Positions 1-9,897 of a stretch of DNA of 50,170 bases are shown piece by piece. Source of the stretch: a virus (Duplodnaviria; Caudoviricetes); the IMG/VR virus record IMGVR_UViG_3300032280_000504, positions 1-50,170 of that record; one strand, written 5' to 3'. The position numbers were made by a program, and so were the translations under genes. The first letter of the stretch is position 1. Each line of letters starts with the position of its first letter. A model generated the notes under the pieces. It was not told the origin of the DNA. It did no database searches and saw nothing but the letters and a program-made list of their open reading frames with translations.

Positions 1-84
1 GGTGATTTCTTGGCCGATTGTAACCGCTAATGAATCAACCGCAGATTGTCTATCAGAAACTTCCTGATTTAGTCTTTGATCAAA
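1..84. repeat. Terminal direct repeat, copy 1 (circular assembly overlap)
   Basis: Bases 1-84 (ggtgatttcttggcc...tttgatcaaa) are identical to 50087-50170, and one reading frame continues across the join. Confidence 0.97.
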
Positions 85-1530
85 CGATGCATCAAAAAGC
101 TCTCTTGCAAATTGCTCTGCCATGACTGCGACTGAAATGGCGGCATCACGAGCCGTTGCTTCAGCAGCGACTTGACCGTCGACGTAAGTTTTAGTCGTTG
201 GGTCAGCTTCCAAAACATTCAGACGACCAGATAGAACGCTATCAGCAGCAGCGCGTGCTTGTGCTTCAGCAGAGTCAGCGGCTTGACGATCAGAAATTTC
301 TTGCGAAAGTTGTCCGTCAACCATTGAAATTTGGTTGGCCAGCCCTGTTGCAACGCTTCCACCGTTTTCGATGGCGTCGGCAATTTCTTTCAGGGTATCA
401 AGCATGGCAGGAGCGCCACCAATTAGGTCGCTGATCTTACCGTCTGCGTAAGACTTAGCACTTGCAACTCCCGAGTCTACGTATGTCTTTGTGGTCGGAT
501 CTGCTTCGAGCACATCCAAACGTCCCGATAGAGCAGAGTCAGCCGTCTGACGTGCAGACTCTTCAGCCGATACCGCACCTTGACGGTCCAAAACTTCTTG
601 GGCTACTTTGCCATCAACATAAGACTTTGTGGTAGGGTCAGACTCGAGAACGTCCAGACGTCCCGATAGAGCCATGTCGGCAGCTGAACGAGCAGCTGCT
701 TCACCGCTGACGGCACCTTGACGGTCTGAGATCTCTTGATAAAGCTCGCTTTCGATGCGGCCTTCTTCGCCCTGAGCCCGGCTAACTTCAGCCGTTACGG
801 AGTCTATAATTACTTGTTCAGATACAGCCCTGTTTTGAATTTCGCGGATAAGCCGGCTTTGAGCCCCTTGTATAGCGTTTGAGACTGCTATTGTTCGATC
901 TGCAATCTCTTGATTTAACTTGCCTTCGATGCGGCCTTCTTCGCTGGTTGCGCGAGTTTGCTCAGCAGTAATCTTTCCATCAAGCACAAGGTCTGCTGCC
1001 TGACGATCCGATACTTCTTGAGAGATGCTGTTAGCAAGTCCTGTTGCCACATCAGAGCCAGCACTAATTGCATCAGAGATCTCTTTAAGCGTATCAAGCA
1101 TCGCCGGTGCGCCACCGATCAAGTCACCGATTTTGCCGTCGGTGTAGGATTTTGATCCTGCCACTTCAGAGTCAACATAAGCCTTGGTCGTTGGGTCAGC
1201 TTCGAGGACGTCAAGTCGTCCACTTAAGCCCATGTCAGCAGATTGACGAGCGCTTTGCTCAGCGCCCAAGTCAGCGGATGCACTTTGACCAGCGGCTTCA
1301 ACTTGTGCGTCAACGTAGCCTTTACGGGCTAGTTCGTTGTCGGCTGTTGGGTCAGACGATACAACTGGTAGCTCTGGAAATTCAACTTTGTCTTGGGCAT
1401 TGACCTTGACGATCTCTTTGTCGGAGCCGTCAGATTTTTTGCCTTTGAGTGGTTGGAGGTTGAGGAGTTTGAGTTTTGTGCCGTCGAGCGGCGAGTTGGA
1501 GTCGATAAACTTACCTTTAATCAATGCCAT
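1..1530 (-). CDS. 5' part of an origin-spanning ~788-aa repeat-rich coiled-coil virion fibre/head-decoration-like protein (missing from the ORF track)
   Basis: ATG at 1530 (MALIKGKFIDSNSPLDG...) with an upstream GGGGA. The frame stays open to base 1 and continues at 50086 into the 49250..50068 ORF. RLDVLEADPTTKxYVD occurs 4 times and DLIGGAPAMLDTLKEI twice. Confidence 0.85.
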   Translation of the reverse strand, partial: MALIKGKFIDSNSPLDGTKLKLLNLQPLKGKKSDGSDKEIVKVNAQDKVEFPELPVVSSDPTADNELARKGYVDAQVEAAGQSASADLGAEQSARQSADMGLSGRLDVLEADPTTKAYVDSEVAGSKSYTDGKIGDLIGGAPAMLDTLKEISDAISAGSDVATGLANSISQEVSDRQAADLVLDGKITAEQTRATSEEGRIEGKLNQEIADRTIAVSNAIQGAQSRLIREIQNRAVSEQVIIDSVTAEVSRAQGEEGRIESELYQEISDRQGAVSGEAAARSAADMALSGRLDVLESDPTTKSYVDGKVAQEVLDRQGAVSAEESARQTADSALSGRLDVLEADPTTKTYVDSGVASAKSYADGKISDLIGGAPAMLDTLKEIADAIENGGSVATGLANQISMVDGQLSQEISDRQAADSAEAQARAAADSVLSGRLNVLEADPTTKTYVDGQVAAEATARDAAISVAVMAEQFARELFDASFDQRLNQEVSDRQSAVDSLAVTIGQEIT

Positions 1531-1541
1531 CGGTAGTCCCC

Positions 1542-2039
1542 CTAGTTCAGTGCTGTTCGTGTATAGGTGATTCTGATTTTGTCACCGGGTGAAAAAATAC
1601 CATGCAGTTCTTTTCCACCCCAAGAAATGACACCGCCACTCACCACGTAGTCGTCTCCCAAGACAAGGGCCCCTAACCCAATGACGTCAAAGGTTACGTC
1701 GATCTCGCTTGTTGGCAGATGGGCTAAAACAACTGCGGCGTTGTCGACTTGTACCGAGTCGAGCGTAAAATATTCGACGACATATTGCTGCGCCGTGATG
1801 TCTGAAATATATGACTTGATTGCTGAAACACTGGGCGCCAACGTCGTAGCGTTTCCAGCCATGTCGTTAACGACGATGCCGTTAGATACAGAAAAACCTG
1901 CGGCAATCACCCAGTCGTCGACGGTTTCACTTCCAACGCTAAGATAGGAGTCCTTGGTGAGGACGTCAGTGTAATGGTGGCCGACGTCTTCAGGGATAAA
2001 GTTCGGAGCTCCAACGCCCCTATAAATGTGCTTGGCCAT
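1542..2039 (-). CDS. Putative virion structural protein (beta-rich)
   Basis: 165-aa ORF in the head module with an AGGA RBS. Its C-terminal motif (DYVVSGG...GDKIRITY) resembles the ESYTLS...GDKVYCQY domain of the neighbouring fibre gene. Confidence 0.6.
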   Translation of the reverse strand: MAKHIYRGVGAPNFIPEDVGHHYTDVLTKDSYLSVGSETVDDWVIAAGFSVSNGIVVNDMAGNATTLAPSVSAIKSYISDITAQQYVVEYFTLDSVQVDNAAVVLAHLPTSEIDVTFDVIGLGALVLGDDYVVSGGVISWGGKELHGIFSPGDKIRITYTRTALN

Positions 2040-2048
2040 GATCCTTCC

Positions 2049-2495
2049 TTAGCTAGATATGACGTTGCCATTGTCGTCTACCAGAACCGTCAAGCCGTTT
2101 ACGTCGGTAAATATTTTAGAGAAATCGACCGAGTTGTTTGGCGTGCCGGGTATATTTTGCTTGCCGGAGATGACAACTCCGTAGCGAACCGTTCCACCGC
2201 TGACGGTGATTTTAAACACGGGCTGGCACAAAAAACCTCTGACGGAATAGCGTTTTGATCCTACCGCCGTGATGTCTTCCGTGCCGCCAAGGCTGTAAGC
2301 CTCCCCCTCTTCTGCACCTACAATCGATTCCGTGATGTCAATTTTTATCGAGGCCCCTGGGTCAATCGCTGCAACGAAGACGGTCATGACGATCGTGTCG
2401 CACTCGGCGTAGACGTTTTCTATGTGAACGCCAACATCTCGAGTCGCCAAAGGCATGATCGTATGCGTTTGATAGAGTGCGAGTTTTGTTGCCAC
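2049..2495 (-). CDS. Hypothetical virion protein (possible head decoration)
   Basis: Directly downstream of the capsid gene; likely GTG start at 2495 after GGGAG. Confidence 0.55.
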   Translation of the reverse strand: MATKLALYQTHTIMPLATRDVGVHIENVYAECDTIVMTVFVAAIDPGASIKIDITESIVGAEEGEAYSLGGTEDITAVGSKRYSVRGFLCQPVFKITVSGGTVRYGVVISGKQNIPGTPNNSVDFSKIFTDVNGLTVLVDDNGNVISS

Positions 2496-2511
2496 GTCAA
2501 GACTCCCAGTC

Positions 2512-2543
2512 AAAAGAGGCGGGGTTAAGTTTCCCCGCCCCTC
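2512..2543 (-). terminator. Rho-independent terminator after the major capsid gene
   Basis: Minus strand reads GAGGGGCGGGG-aaacttaa-CCCCGCCTC-TTTT. Confidence 0.75.
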
Positions 2544-2566
2544 TCGTCAGACTATGAAACCAGAAA

Positions 2567-3967
2567 TTAAAGAGCAGCTTTGATACCGTACACAACGCTT
2601 TTTTCGGCAGCCGATTGAGGCAATCCGACAAAAGTTTTGCGTTGGTAGCTCGCGAGCAAGAAACGGTCTTGCATCGGCAAATCAGCCTGCGCCTTCACGA
2701 CGATCGGGCGACGTTGACCAACGTAGAAGCGTGACTTGTTGACGCATAGCAGGCCTGTGTAGGAAGACGTTACGCCGTCATACACGCCGCTGGCGTTGAG
2801 GTCATCGCGCATGTACTGCGATACGACAATCTTCATGCCGAGGATCGTTCCCAGAGCGCCAGTGTTGATCGTAGCCATCGGGCCATATTTTTCCATCGTC
2901 AAGACTTCGCCGGTTGCCAAGAGCTGGCTATAGCCGCTTGGAGACACAACCAACATCAACTCGCTTGGGTTGACGCCAAATTTAGCCATCTGAGCTCTGA
3001 GCTTGCGCAAGTGAGCCACAGACAACACGCCGCTGTTGATGGTCGAGCAGTCAAACGTGCCGCCATTGGCAGAGTTAGCGATGGCAAGCTTACGAAGGCC
3101 GTCCCATGCTTTTTCTGCAACGCTTGCACTCAAGGCTGCCGTATCGCTATCGATATGAGTCCCTGTAGCGCCGTTGATGATGGCAGCTTCGACCGCACGA
3201 GCTTGGGCTGCGATCACTTCGCCGCGCGCCATAGCCAATAGATCTACCACGCTGTCTTCAGTCAATTCTTCTGGAAGTACGTAGTACTCAGAAAACTTCT
3301 TAGCCGTCATGCTTAGCTGTGCGGTTTGAAAGTTAACGTCAGACTGTGCTGTGCTTTCAGCGACGACGCGTGCTTTTGTTACAGCCTTTTGAACTGGCAA
3401 GATGAATGGGTTAGTCGGCATGGCGACCGTGCGGAAGTTTCCTTCAACCACGCGCTCAAGCTCATACTCTGCGATGTAGTTTTGGCTGATGGCAGTCGGA
3501 ATCCACTCAAGGCCTGCGCCAGAGCTAGAGCCAAAAGACTTAGTCATCGGGATCAAAACTTCTTTGCCGTAGTGTGTATCAAAGATATTTTTGACGGCTA
3601 CCAGGCTCTCACCTTCGTCGCCACCTTTAGCGCGACCGTCGACGTTACCGCTCATGATTTGAGCCGAGAAACGTGCGATGTCGACAGCTTCTTTTAAGTT
3701 ACGAACGGCACACTTTAGTTCCTCTGGAACATGGGTGTACTTCGTGTCGGCCGTGTTGACAGACAAAAGCTGCTTGGCTTGGCTGCAACCAAAGGCTGCC
3801 ATCGCGCGGCTTTCGACGCTGTCTGAACGTCCGCCGACGACAGGAGCTGCAAGGGTTTTAGCCTTCTCAGCTTCCAATTCTTTGACGCGAGCTTCGGCTG
3901 TGCCCACGCGCTCAGCAAGAGCTTTAGTCTCTTGGAGCAACTCATCTACTTGCTTCGTGACTTCCAT
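2567..3967 (-). CDS. Major capsid protein, HK97 fold
   Basis: 466 aa with an N-terminal coiled-coil delta domain, LPEELTEDS and AIINGATG motifs; follows the prohead protease; strong GGAGG RBS. Confidence 0.92.
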   Translation of the reverse strand: MEVTKQVDELLQETKALAERVGTAEARVKELEAEKAKTLAAPVVGGRSDSVESRAMAAFGCSQAKQLLSVNTADTKYTHVPEELKCAVRNLKEAVDIARFSAQIMSGNVDGRAKGGDEGESLVAVKNIFDTHYGKEVLIPMTKSFGSSSGAGLEWIPTAISQNYIAEYELERVVEGNFRTVAMPTNPFILPVQKAVTKARVVAESTAQSDVNFQTAQLSMTAKKFSEYYVLPEELTEDSVVDLLAMARGEVIAAQARAVEAAIINGATGTHIDSDTAALSASVAEKAWDGLRKLAIANSANGGTFDCSTINSGVLSVAHLRKLRAQMAKFGVNPSELMLVVSPSGYSQLLATGEVLTMEKYGPMATINTGALGTILGMKIVVSQYMRDDLNASGVYDGVTSSYTGLLCVNKSRFYVGQRRPIVVKAQADLPMQDRFLLASYQRKTFVGLPQSAAEKSVVYGIKAAL

Positions 3968-4041
3968 GTTTCCTCCTGGATAAAAATGAAGTCGTTAATA
4001 AAGACCTAGAGCGTCATGCTCCAAGATGTTGACCGCTTTGA

Positions 4042-5271
4042 TTAGACCATCGCGGTTTTTTTTACTTTCTCAAGCGTCGCCTTGATCTCGGCCAGCTTTA
4101 ACTCTAACAGTTTAGTCGCGGCATCCTCTTCGCTTGAAGTTTTGCCACCCGCATCCTCTGGGGTCTCGGCTGGTTTGTCGGAAGGCTCGCCTTGACCGTC
4201 GGCCGGTTCCTCAGCCCCTTCCTCTTCGTCTTCCTGCTCAGCCTCCACCGCCTCAGCCGCCAGGTACTGCGTCATCAAGGCGTTAAGCTTTTGCACCTCA
4301 CCAATCAAGGCCGCCATTAGCACATTGTTTTGCGTCATGATCGCCTGGATGTCGGTCTGCACGGTCATCTCAGGGGCTTTGGTGGCAACGCTTGACGCCA
4401 GTTTTTCCTCGTCCTCTGCGTCGACTTTGTCCGCTGGCTTTTTAGATTTTTTTGGTTTCGTAGGCTTTTTGTCTTCATCATCGACGTCACCATCTGACTC
4501 CGCGTCAGGACCATCATCCGTGGGCTTGGCCTTGGCCTCAGGGGACTCGTCGTTTCCGTCGTTGGCTCTTAAGTCTTCTAGCATGCGCTGGGCCTCGGTG
4601 GTTACCGCCTCGGGCACGCCGTCGGCGTCACCAGCTAAGATGTCTCGCAGCTCGTCTCTCGTCAGACCGCACGCCTCACACAGAGCCAAGATGCACTCCT
4701 CACGCACAGCGCCGAGGTTTTCCATGGCGTCTAGCATGTCTTGCAGTTGCAGCACGTCTTCACCGGCCGCTTTGGCTTCTAAAAACTTGCGGCGAATATT
4801 TTTAAGGCCACCTGCGGATGCCAAGTCTTTCATCGTCACAGAAAAAAGGCTCTCTTGATTCATGGGAATCGAGACGACCGACACCTCGTAAAGCTCGGCA
4901 GCTTTGATGGTGTTGACGCCGTCTTTAGTTTTCTCAGAGTCTTTGGCAGAAAAGCCTACGGAGAAAGCATTGATCATGCCCTCTTCGATCATGTCACGCA
5001 CGTAAGAGACCATGGAGTCCCGGGACTTTGAGATGCGAGCTCTGACGTGCAGACCGTCTTCTTGGGGCTTGATGTCCACCGCACGGCCGATGATCTTATC
5101 CCTGTCGTGATTGTAAAGAAGCACGGGGTTTTTCACGTAGTTTTTAAGATCCCACGCCTTCGGGTCAATCATATCATTGCCACGGTCGACTACGGCCTTG
5201 TTGGCGACGCCCTCGATATACATGTAGCCGTCAGAGGCGGCCTTGACTGTGAACGGAATAAACTTCTTCAT
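4042..5271 (-). CDS. HK97-family prohead protease with acidic scaffold-like C-terminal extension
   Basis: Motifs NPVLLYNHDRDKIIG, AFSVGF and LYEVSVVSIPMN; long D/E-rich tail. Confidence 0.92.
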   Translation of the reverse strand: MKKFIPFTVKAASDGYMYIEGVANKAVVDRGNDMIDPKAWDLKNYVKNPVLLYNHDRDKIIGRAVDIKPQEDGLHVRARISKSRDSMVSYVRDMIEEGMINAFSVGFSAKDSEKTKDGVNTIKAAELYEVSVVSIPMNQESLFSVTMKDLASAGGLKNIRRKFLEAKAAGEDVLQLQDMLDAMENLGAVREECILALCEACGLTRDELRDILAGDADGVPEAVTTEAQRMLEDLRANDGNDESPEAKAKPTDDGPDAESDGDVDDEDKKPTKPKKSKKPADKVDAEDEEKLASSVATKAPEMTVQTDIQAIMTQNNVLMAALIGEVQKLNALMTQYLAAEAVEAEQEDEEEGAEEPADGQGEPSDKPAETPEDAGGKTSSEEDAATKLLELKLAEIKATLEKVKKTAMV

Positions 5272-5272
5272 C

Positions 5273-7648
5273 TTATCGATCTCCCTCTGGGTCTTGTGGT
5301 GTGATGTCGCCCCAGTCGATGTCGTCGACCTGGTCGGCGGGTACGTTCACCGCATCGCAGCGGCAGTTAATCGTCTCGGCAGGATCTCCGGCTGGGTCAC
5401 GCGGAAACTGGAGTCCATTGGTAAAAGTATTATCCCAGTCCACCATCTCGCCTTCGACGTCGGCGTGGGTGTCTCGCACGCGGTCATCGTTGGCTGTGAT
5501 CCAAACCTTTTTGAGGTTGGGCACATAACGCGCCACGTCTTGCGTACAAGCCGCCTGCCCAAGGCTTGCAGCGGTGAGTGTCTCTGTGCGTACGATGGTG
5601 TTGATGCGACCCTCGAGGTTATCGCCGGCAAGCACCGTGTCCATGATGTTGGAAGCAATCAATGTTGCGCTATCGCCGCGAGCCAGCCCGTCATCTACGG
5701 CCGTCATGATGCGGTCCGTTGTCGTAGCGTTGAGGTTTTTAAATGTCGAGAGGCTTCTTGTTTCGAGCATCGCACGACGTTTATTGTCGTTGCGCAGGCG
5801 CAGCGCTTCAATCGCCTGCTCGTTCGGGTAATCAAAGGCAAAGCGCAGCTCCCACTCGGCGTCGTAGCCAAGCTCCACGGACGCTTTAAGGCTATCAACA
5901 TAGCCGTCCATGTAGTCTTCACGCATCGAGTCCAGGGCCTGCCTGATCGCTTTTTTAAGTTTCTTTTTCTCGGCGTCATCGGCCTTGGTCGACATCACAA
6001 GAATGGACTTCAGGTTAGACCGCACGGCTTTGGCCACGGCCTCGGCTTGGCCTGCAAACATATCCGCCATGACGGGCAGTAGTTTTTTCTCGCCCCGTTG
6101 TGACGATTCTTCTAAGAGATCGCGGCGACGCTTGGGCCAACCGTTCGTTTCTCCGGCCTTAAAAATAGAGCCGATCATCGACCTGTTTTTTTGCTTGGTC
6201 TGGCGCAGCTCCAAAGTCTTTGCATCAGGGCCCTCATCATTTGCATCACTTGGAGGAGTTTCCTCCGCCGCCTGATCCGCGCGAGAAGCCTCGTCGCTGC
6301 CGTCTTGCGTTTCAGCCTGTGGGCTGTCTTGTGCATCGTCTACGCCTCCCGGCGCCATCATCATCGGTACTGGGGCTGCAAGGCCTGGGGCCTTATCACC
6401 ACCATCGAGAGGCGGCAACTCAAGCTCAGCTCTGACTTCGTTGAGGGTCATGTAAGACATTTTCTTTGTCACCAGATCAGCCAAGGCCACCTCATCGGGG
6501 CGCAGGGCTTCCACCTCCGACAGATCAAAATCGATGTAGTAGCCCTCTCCCAGGCGGTCACCTAGTTTTTTATTGAGTGCTCCGGCTATGAGCTTCATCG
6601 TGGTTTTGAGCGTACCTTGCCAAAATTGGCGCACGGCCGCGTCGAATTCTTTGCTGCCGAGGCCACCGGCTTCTTGCAAAGACACCACTTGTTTTGGAAT
6701 GTCGAGCAGCGCCAAGATCACCTCGCGGTTTGACAAGATGTAATCTTTGAGCTGTTGATCCCCAAGGCTATCGCCCACGGGCTTAGCCGTGACACCTTTA
6801 GGCAAAACCATCGGTCGGCGTTGATTGCGACGGCCTGTGTAGGCTTGCTCAAAGGATCGTAAAAGCCTCAGTGCGTTTTTTTCGTTGGCCTCACCTGAAA
6901 GCTCGAGAGCCATGCCAGGGTGTGCGCCCTTGATGTAATAATTCAGCAAATATTCTTGCGAGTAGCGGTTAAAGAGAACCGATCTGCGACCTGGCACAAA
7001 AGGACTGAGGCCCCACCACATGCTCGACGGATTGGGACGACGGACGTGGCAGATATCCTCGGGTTTGATGTAGAGGCTCGACTTATCAAAAAGTGGCATC
7101 CCGTCATCATTAAACATCGTAGTCACCATGTAGTTATCAAGAACCACAGGGCCGCCGTTATGGGCGAAGTTTAACCGCACGCGTTCAAACGGAATTTGCA
7201 GGAGCTGACTTTTGACGTCGTAAATAACGGCATTACCGCCAATCGAAATATCGGTGGCGACGTTATAAATAAATTCACTGCCCGACTGTTGCTCGTTAGG
7301 CTGTTCCAGGAGTTTATTGAGCGGGTGATCGTCGACGCGGTGGCACTTGGTGCGGCCATCCGGGAGCGTTTCTTTTTTGTAGACCACGCACGGCACACCG
7401 GCAATTTTTGAGGCGATGCGGTCGACTGTGATAAAAACCCAGTCTTCTGAAAACATCAAACCCTTGAGGGTTGCGCTTTCAATGTAGGCCTTCGTCTCCT
7501 GTGAGAACATGGAGCCGCTGCCCAGCTCATCGGCGCCAAACCCATCGCGCACGATGTTGTAGTCTTTCGTCGAAGCCTCGGGCGTCGAATAGTAGGAATC
7601 AAACTCTTGAGCGACATCGCGCTCAGCTTTTGTCGTTAGATCATCCAT
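5273..7648 (-). CDS. HK97-like portal protein fused to a Mu gpF-like minor head domain
   Basis: Portal motifs (ICHVRRPNP..WWGLSP, PMVLPKG, YMTLNEVRAELELPPLDGGD) are followed by MuF motifs (IVRTET, KKVWITANDDRVRDTH, ETINCRC). Confidence 0.88.
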   Translation of the reverse strand: MDDLTTKAERDVAQEFDSYYSTPEASTKDYNIVRDGFGADELGSGSMFSQETKAYIESATLKGLMFSEDWVFITVDRIASKIAGVPCVVYKKETLPDGRTKCHRVDDHPLNKLLEQPNEQQSGSEFIYNVATDISIGGNAVIYDVKSQLLQIPFERVRLNFAHNGGPVVLDNYMVTTMFNDDGMPLFDKSSLYIKPEDICHVRRPNPSSMWWGLSPFVPGRRSVLFNRYSQEYLLNYYIKGAHPGMALELSGEANEKNALRLLRSFEQAYTGRRNQRRPMVLPKGVTAKPVGDSLGDQQLKDYILSNREVILALLDIPKQVVSLQEAGGLGSKEFDAAVRQFWQGTLKTTMKLIAGALNKKLGDRLGEGYYIDFDLSEVEALRPDEVALADLVTKKMSYMTLNEVRAELELPPLDGGDKAPGLAAPVPMMMAPGGVDDAQDSPQAETQDGSDEASRADQAAEETPPSDANDEGPDAKTLELRQTKQKNRSMIGSIFKAGETNGWPKRRRDLLEESSQRGEKKLLPVMADMFAGQAEAVAKAVRSNLKSILVMSTKADDAEKKKLKKAIRQALDSMREDYMDGYVDSLKASVELGYDAEWELRFAFDYPNEQAIEALRLRNDNKRRAMLETRSLSTFKNLNATTTDRIMTAVDDGLARGDSATLIASNIMDTVLAGDNLEGRINTIVRTETLTAASLGQAACTQDVARYVPNLKKVWITANDDRVRDTHADVEGEMVDWDNTFTNGLQFPRDPAGDPAETINCRCDAVNVPADQVDDIDWGDITPQDPEGDR

Positions 7649-7673
7649 TGCGCCGTCCTAGCGTTTTAGCACC

Positions 7674-9059
7674 CTAAGCCTCGTCATCCTCGACCAGACT
7701 CTCGTAGTATGCTGCCAGCCCGTCCCTGGGCTGCTGATCGATTGCTCGACCGATCTCATTAACGTAGCGAACTTCTAGTTCCCTGTCACCGTATTCTACC
7801 AAAGCCGCATTCGCCATCATAAGAGATGACACGCAGTCATCATGCTTACCCGCCGGAGCCCCGTAGCTCATGGCCCCGGTCGATGTGACCGTCACCTCAT
7901 ACTGGTCCAGCTCTGAGATCAATTGACCCCAGCGCGGCAGTTTGATCTGCCCCTGCTCGAGAGACGTCATCAGCCGAGCCACCATCTCATTTTTCGTGGC
8001 ACTGGTCCACGTTACCCCTTCGTGCGGTAGATCCGTGTGCGCCATGAGATCATCGATGGCAGACCCCACCCCCGTCTTGTCGTGGCGTATCGTCACCACG
8101 CTTTGAAACCTGGTGGCAAACCAAATGAGACGCCTGACGCCTTCCGTGTATGGGACCTTATGAAATCTATAAAACCCTACGACTTCACTTGATGCAAGAT
8201 CAATTGCAACAAAAACGGTGTAGTCGACACTCTTGGCCCAGTCGACCCCGATGACGACGGTGCGATCTTTGGCGTCGTCGGTGATCCACTGCGCCGCGTC
8301 GCCGTCAAAGTCGAGGCTTGGACCGTAGATGGATTCGTTGACCCCTGCAAACACAGTCCCCTCGTCTAAAAACTCGGCCAGGTAATACTGGCGAAAAAGA
8401 CGGTCTGGTAATTCTTTTTTAGCACGAGCAATGATCTCGGGGCTGATGTAAGGGTTAGCCGAGGTCGGAGCCTCCAAGTAAATTTGCTCCAAGGGTTTGC
8501 CGTTTTTAATGGCCCACTGCATGTGAGCTTTGGCCTCCATGCCGCGCTGATAAAACCAGTTTTTCCCGAGAGGAGTCGAGATGCACATGATCGGCCCCTT
8601 GGTCATGGTCACCGTCGTCTTGGCTGAAATGTAGACCTGCTCTTGACACTTGGCCGCCTCGTCGATGATGTAGCCGTGGACCCCTGCGCCCTCAAGACTC
8701 ATCGGGTGTTGGCCGTGCCAAAACTCAATCCTCGAGTCGATGTCTGGGGCATAAAGATGCATGAGCGACATGTTAGCCCTCACGTCAGGCTCCGGAGGCA
8801 TGATCTTTTGACAGTACTCAAGGCCGATCTTGGCTTGCTGATAGATCGGTGCCACCCACCGCCACACGGTGCCGGGGCGCTCAATGCAAGGCCCTGCAAT
8901 CGCCGCAGCCGAGGCAATGGTTTTGCCAAACTTCGTGCCCATCGCAACAAAGATATTGCGCACGCCGTCGCCTTTTAAAGCATTCATGATGATCGTCTGC
9001 TCGAGGCTGTGAGGGGCCGGGGGGATCATCTTGACGATGTCAAACTGCCTGCTCGTCAT
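7674..9059 (-). CDS. terL: Terminase large subunit
   Basis: Walker A-like GTKFGKT, Walker B IIDEAA, coupling motif ISTP, nuclease IGVDWAKSVDYT and HDDCVSS. Confidence 0.93.
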   Translation of the reverse strand: MTSRQFDIVKMIPPAPHSLEQTIIMNALKGDGVRNIFVAMGTKFGKTIASAAAIAGPCIERPGTVWRWVAPIYQQAKIGLEYCQKIMPPEPDVRANMSLMHLYAPDIDSRIEFWHGQHPMSLEGAGVHGYIIDEAAKCQEQVYISAKTTVTMTKGPIMCISTPLGKNWFYQRGMEAKAHMQWAIKNGKPLEQIYLEAPTSANPYISPEIIARAKKELPDRLFRQYYLAEFLDEGTVFAGVNESIYGPSLDFDGDAAQWITDDAKDRTVVIGVDWAKSVDYTVFVAIDLASSEVVGFYRFHKVPYTEGVRRLIWFATRFQSVVTIRHDKTGVGSAIDDLMAHTDLPHEGVTWTSATKNEMVARLMTSLEQGQIKLPRWGQLISELDQYEVTVTSTGAMSYGAPAGKHDDCVSSLMMANAALVEYGDRELEVRYVNEIGRAIDQQPRDGLAAYYESLVEDDEA

Positions 9060-9535
9060 GTCTCCGCGTCCACGTCGATGATTTTTTCCTGCTCTTTTTC
9101 TTTGGCCTCTAAAAGCTCTTCCACCAGGTGACGCACGAGCGTGCCGTCAGACCGCACCTCGGACTTATAGACCTTCACCTTTTGCACGTTATGATCCACC
9201 GTCACGCGGTTGAGGATTGGACCGAGGAGACACTTGGCTGCTTCAAAAGCAATTTTCTTGTCGTCGCACTTGGTCAGCTCCAGCATCTTGCGTGCTGCGA
9301 TCGGTAAAGCCCTTTTTAAGATATCCTCCACCGGCTCAATCGCGCGGTCATAGGCTTTATTGAAGGCTGGCCTCAGGCGACGCCGACGCACCTGTGCCGC
9401 ACAAAGGCCGATGTGCTTGGCCAACTCCTCGTTGGTGATGGCTGGAAACTCGACGAGAATATTTAAAAGCTGCCGGTCCACCTGATCAAGCTTATACTCT
9501 TCGTAAAGATCATCTTTTTTCACATTTTTTGACAC
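9056..9535 (-). CDS. Putative terminase small subunit (HTH)
   Basis: HTH-like ITNEELAKHIGLCAAQVRR; overlaps the terL start. Confidence 0.7.
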   Translation of the reverse strand: MSKNVKKDDLYEEYKLDQVDRQLLNILVEFPAITNEELAKHIGLCAAQVRRRRLRPAFNKAYDRAIEPVEDILKRALPIAARKMLELTKCDDKKIAFEAAKCLLGPILNRVTVDHNVQKVKVYKSEVRSDGTLVRHLVEELLEAKEKEQEKIIDVDAET

Positions 9536-9549
9536 GCGCTTAACTACCT

Positions 9550-9864
9550 TTAATCATCAGGAAAATCATCGATCATCGCGTTCTTTCCGCGCCGTCTGAT
9601 GCGAGGCTTGATGGTGGGAATCCGCGGCGACGTGTAGTCGACCGTAAACGCATCGATGTTTTCTCGTTCCATCATGTCGAGGACGGATTCAAGGAGGTTT
9701 CTGATTTCTGCTAGATGCCTTGCGGCGGCTTGACGGCGTTTGTCTTCGCGTTGTCTGGTGACGCCAGTCATGTGGGGGGCGATCAGCGCTTCTTTCAGCA
9801 TCTTGATGATGCGGTAAAGACTCCGAGCGTCCTCTGAAATTAGTTCCATCCTAGAACCCTTCAT
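9550..9864 (-). CDS. Hypothetical protein
   Basis: 104-aa ORF in a tightly packed operon. Confidence 0.55.
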   Translation of the reverse strand: MKGSRMELISEDARSLYRIIKMLKEALIAPHMTGVTRQREDKRRQAAARHLAEIRNLLESVLDMMERENIDAFTVDYTSPRIPTIKPRIRRRGKNAMIDDFPDD

Positions 9865-9897
9865 TAGATTGCTTACTGATTAGGCTAACCGTGTCCT

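Noticed and set aside
1-84. Biological terminal repeat of the virion DNA
   Set aside because: It falls in the middle of a gene and is more simply explained as an assembly overlap of a circular or permuted genome.
198-1570. Short ORFs listed by the track in 198-1570
   Set aside because: They are shadows of the long minus-strand origin-spanning gene.
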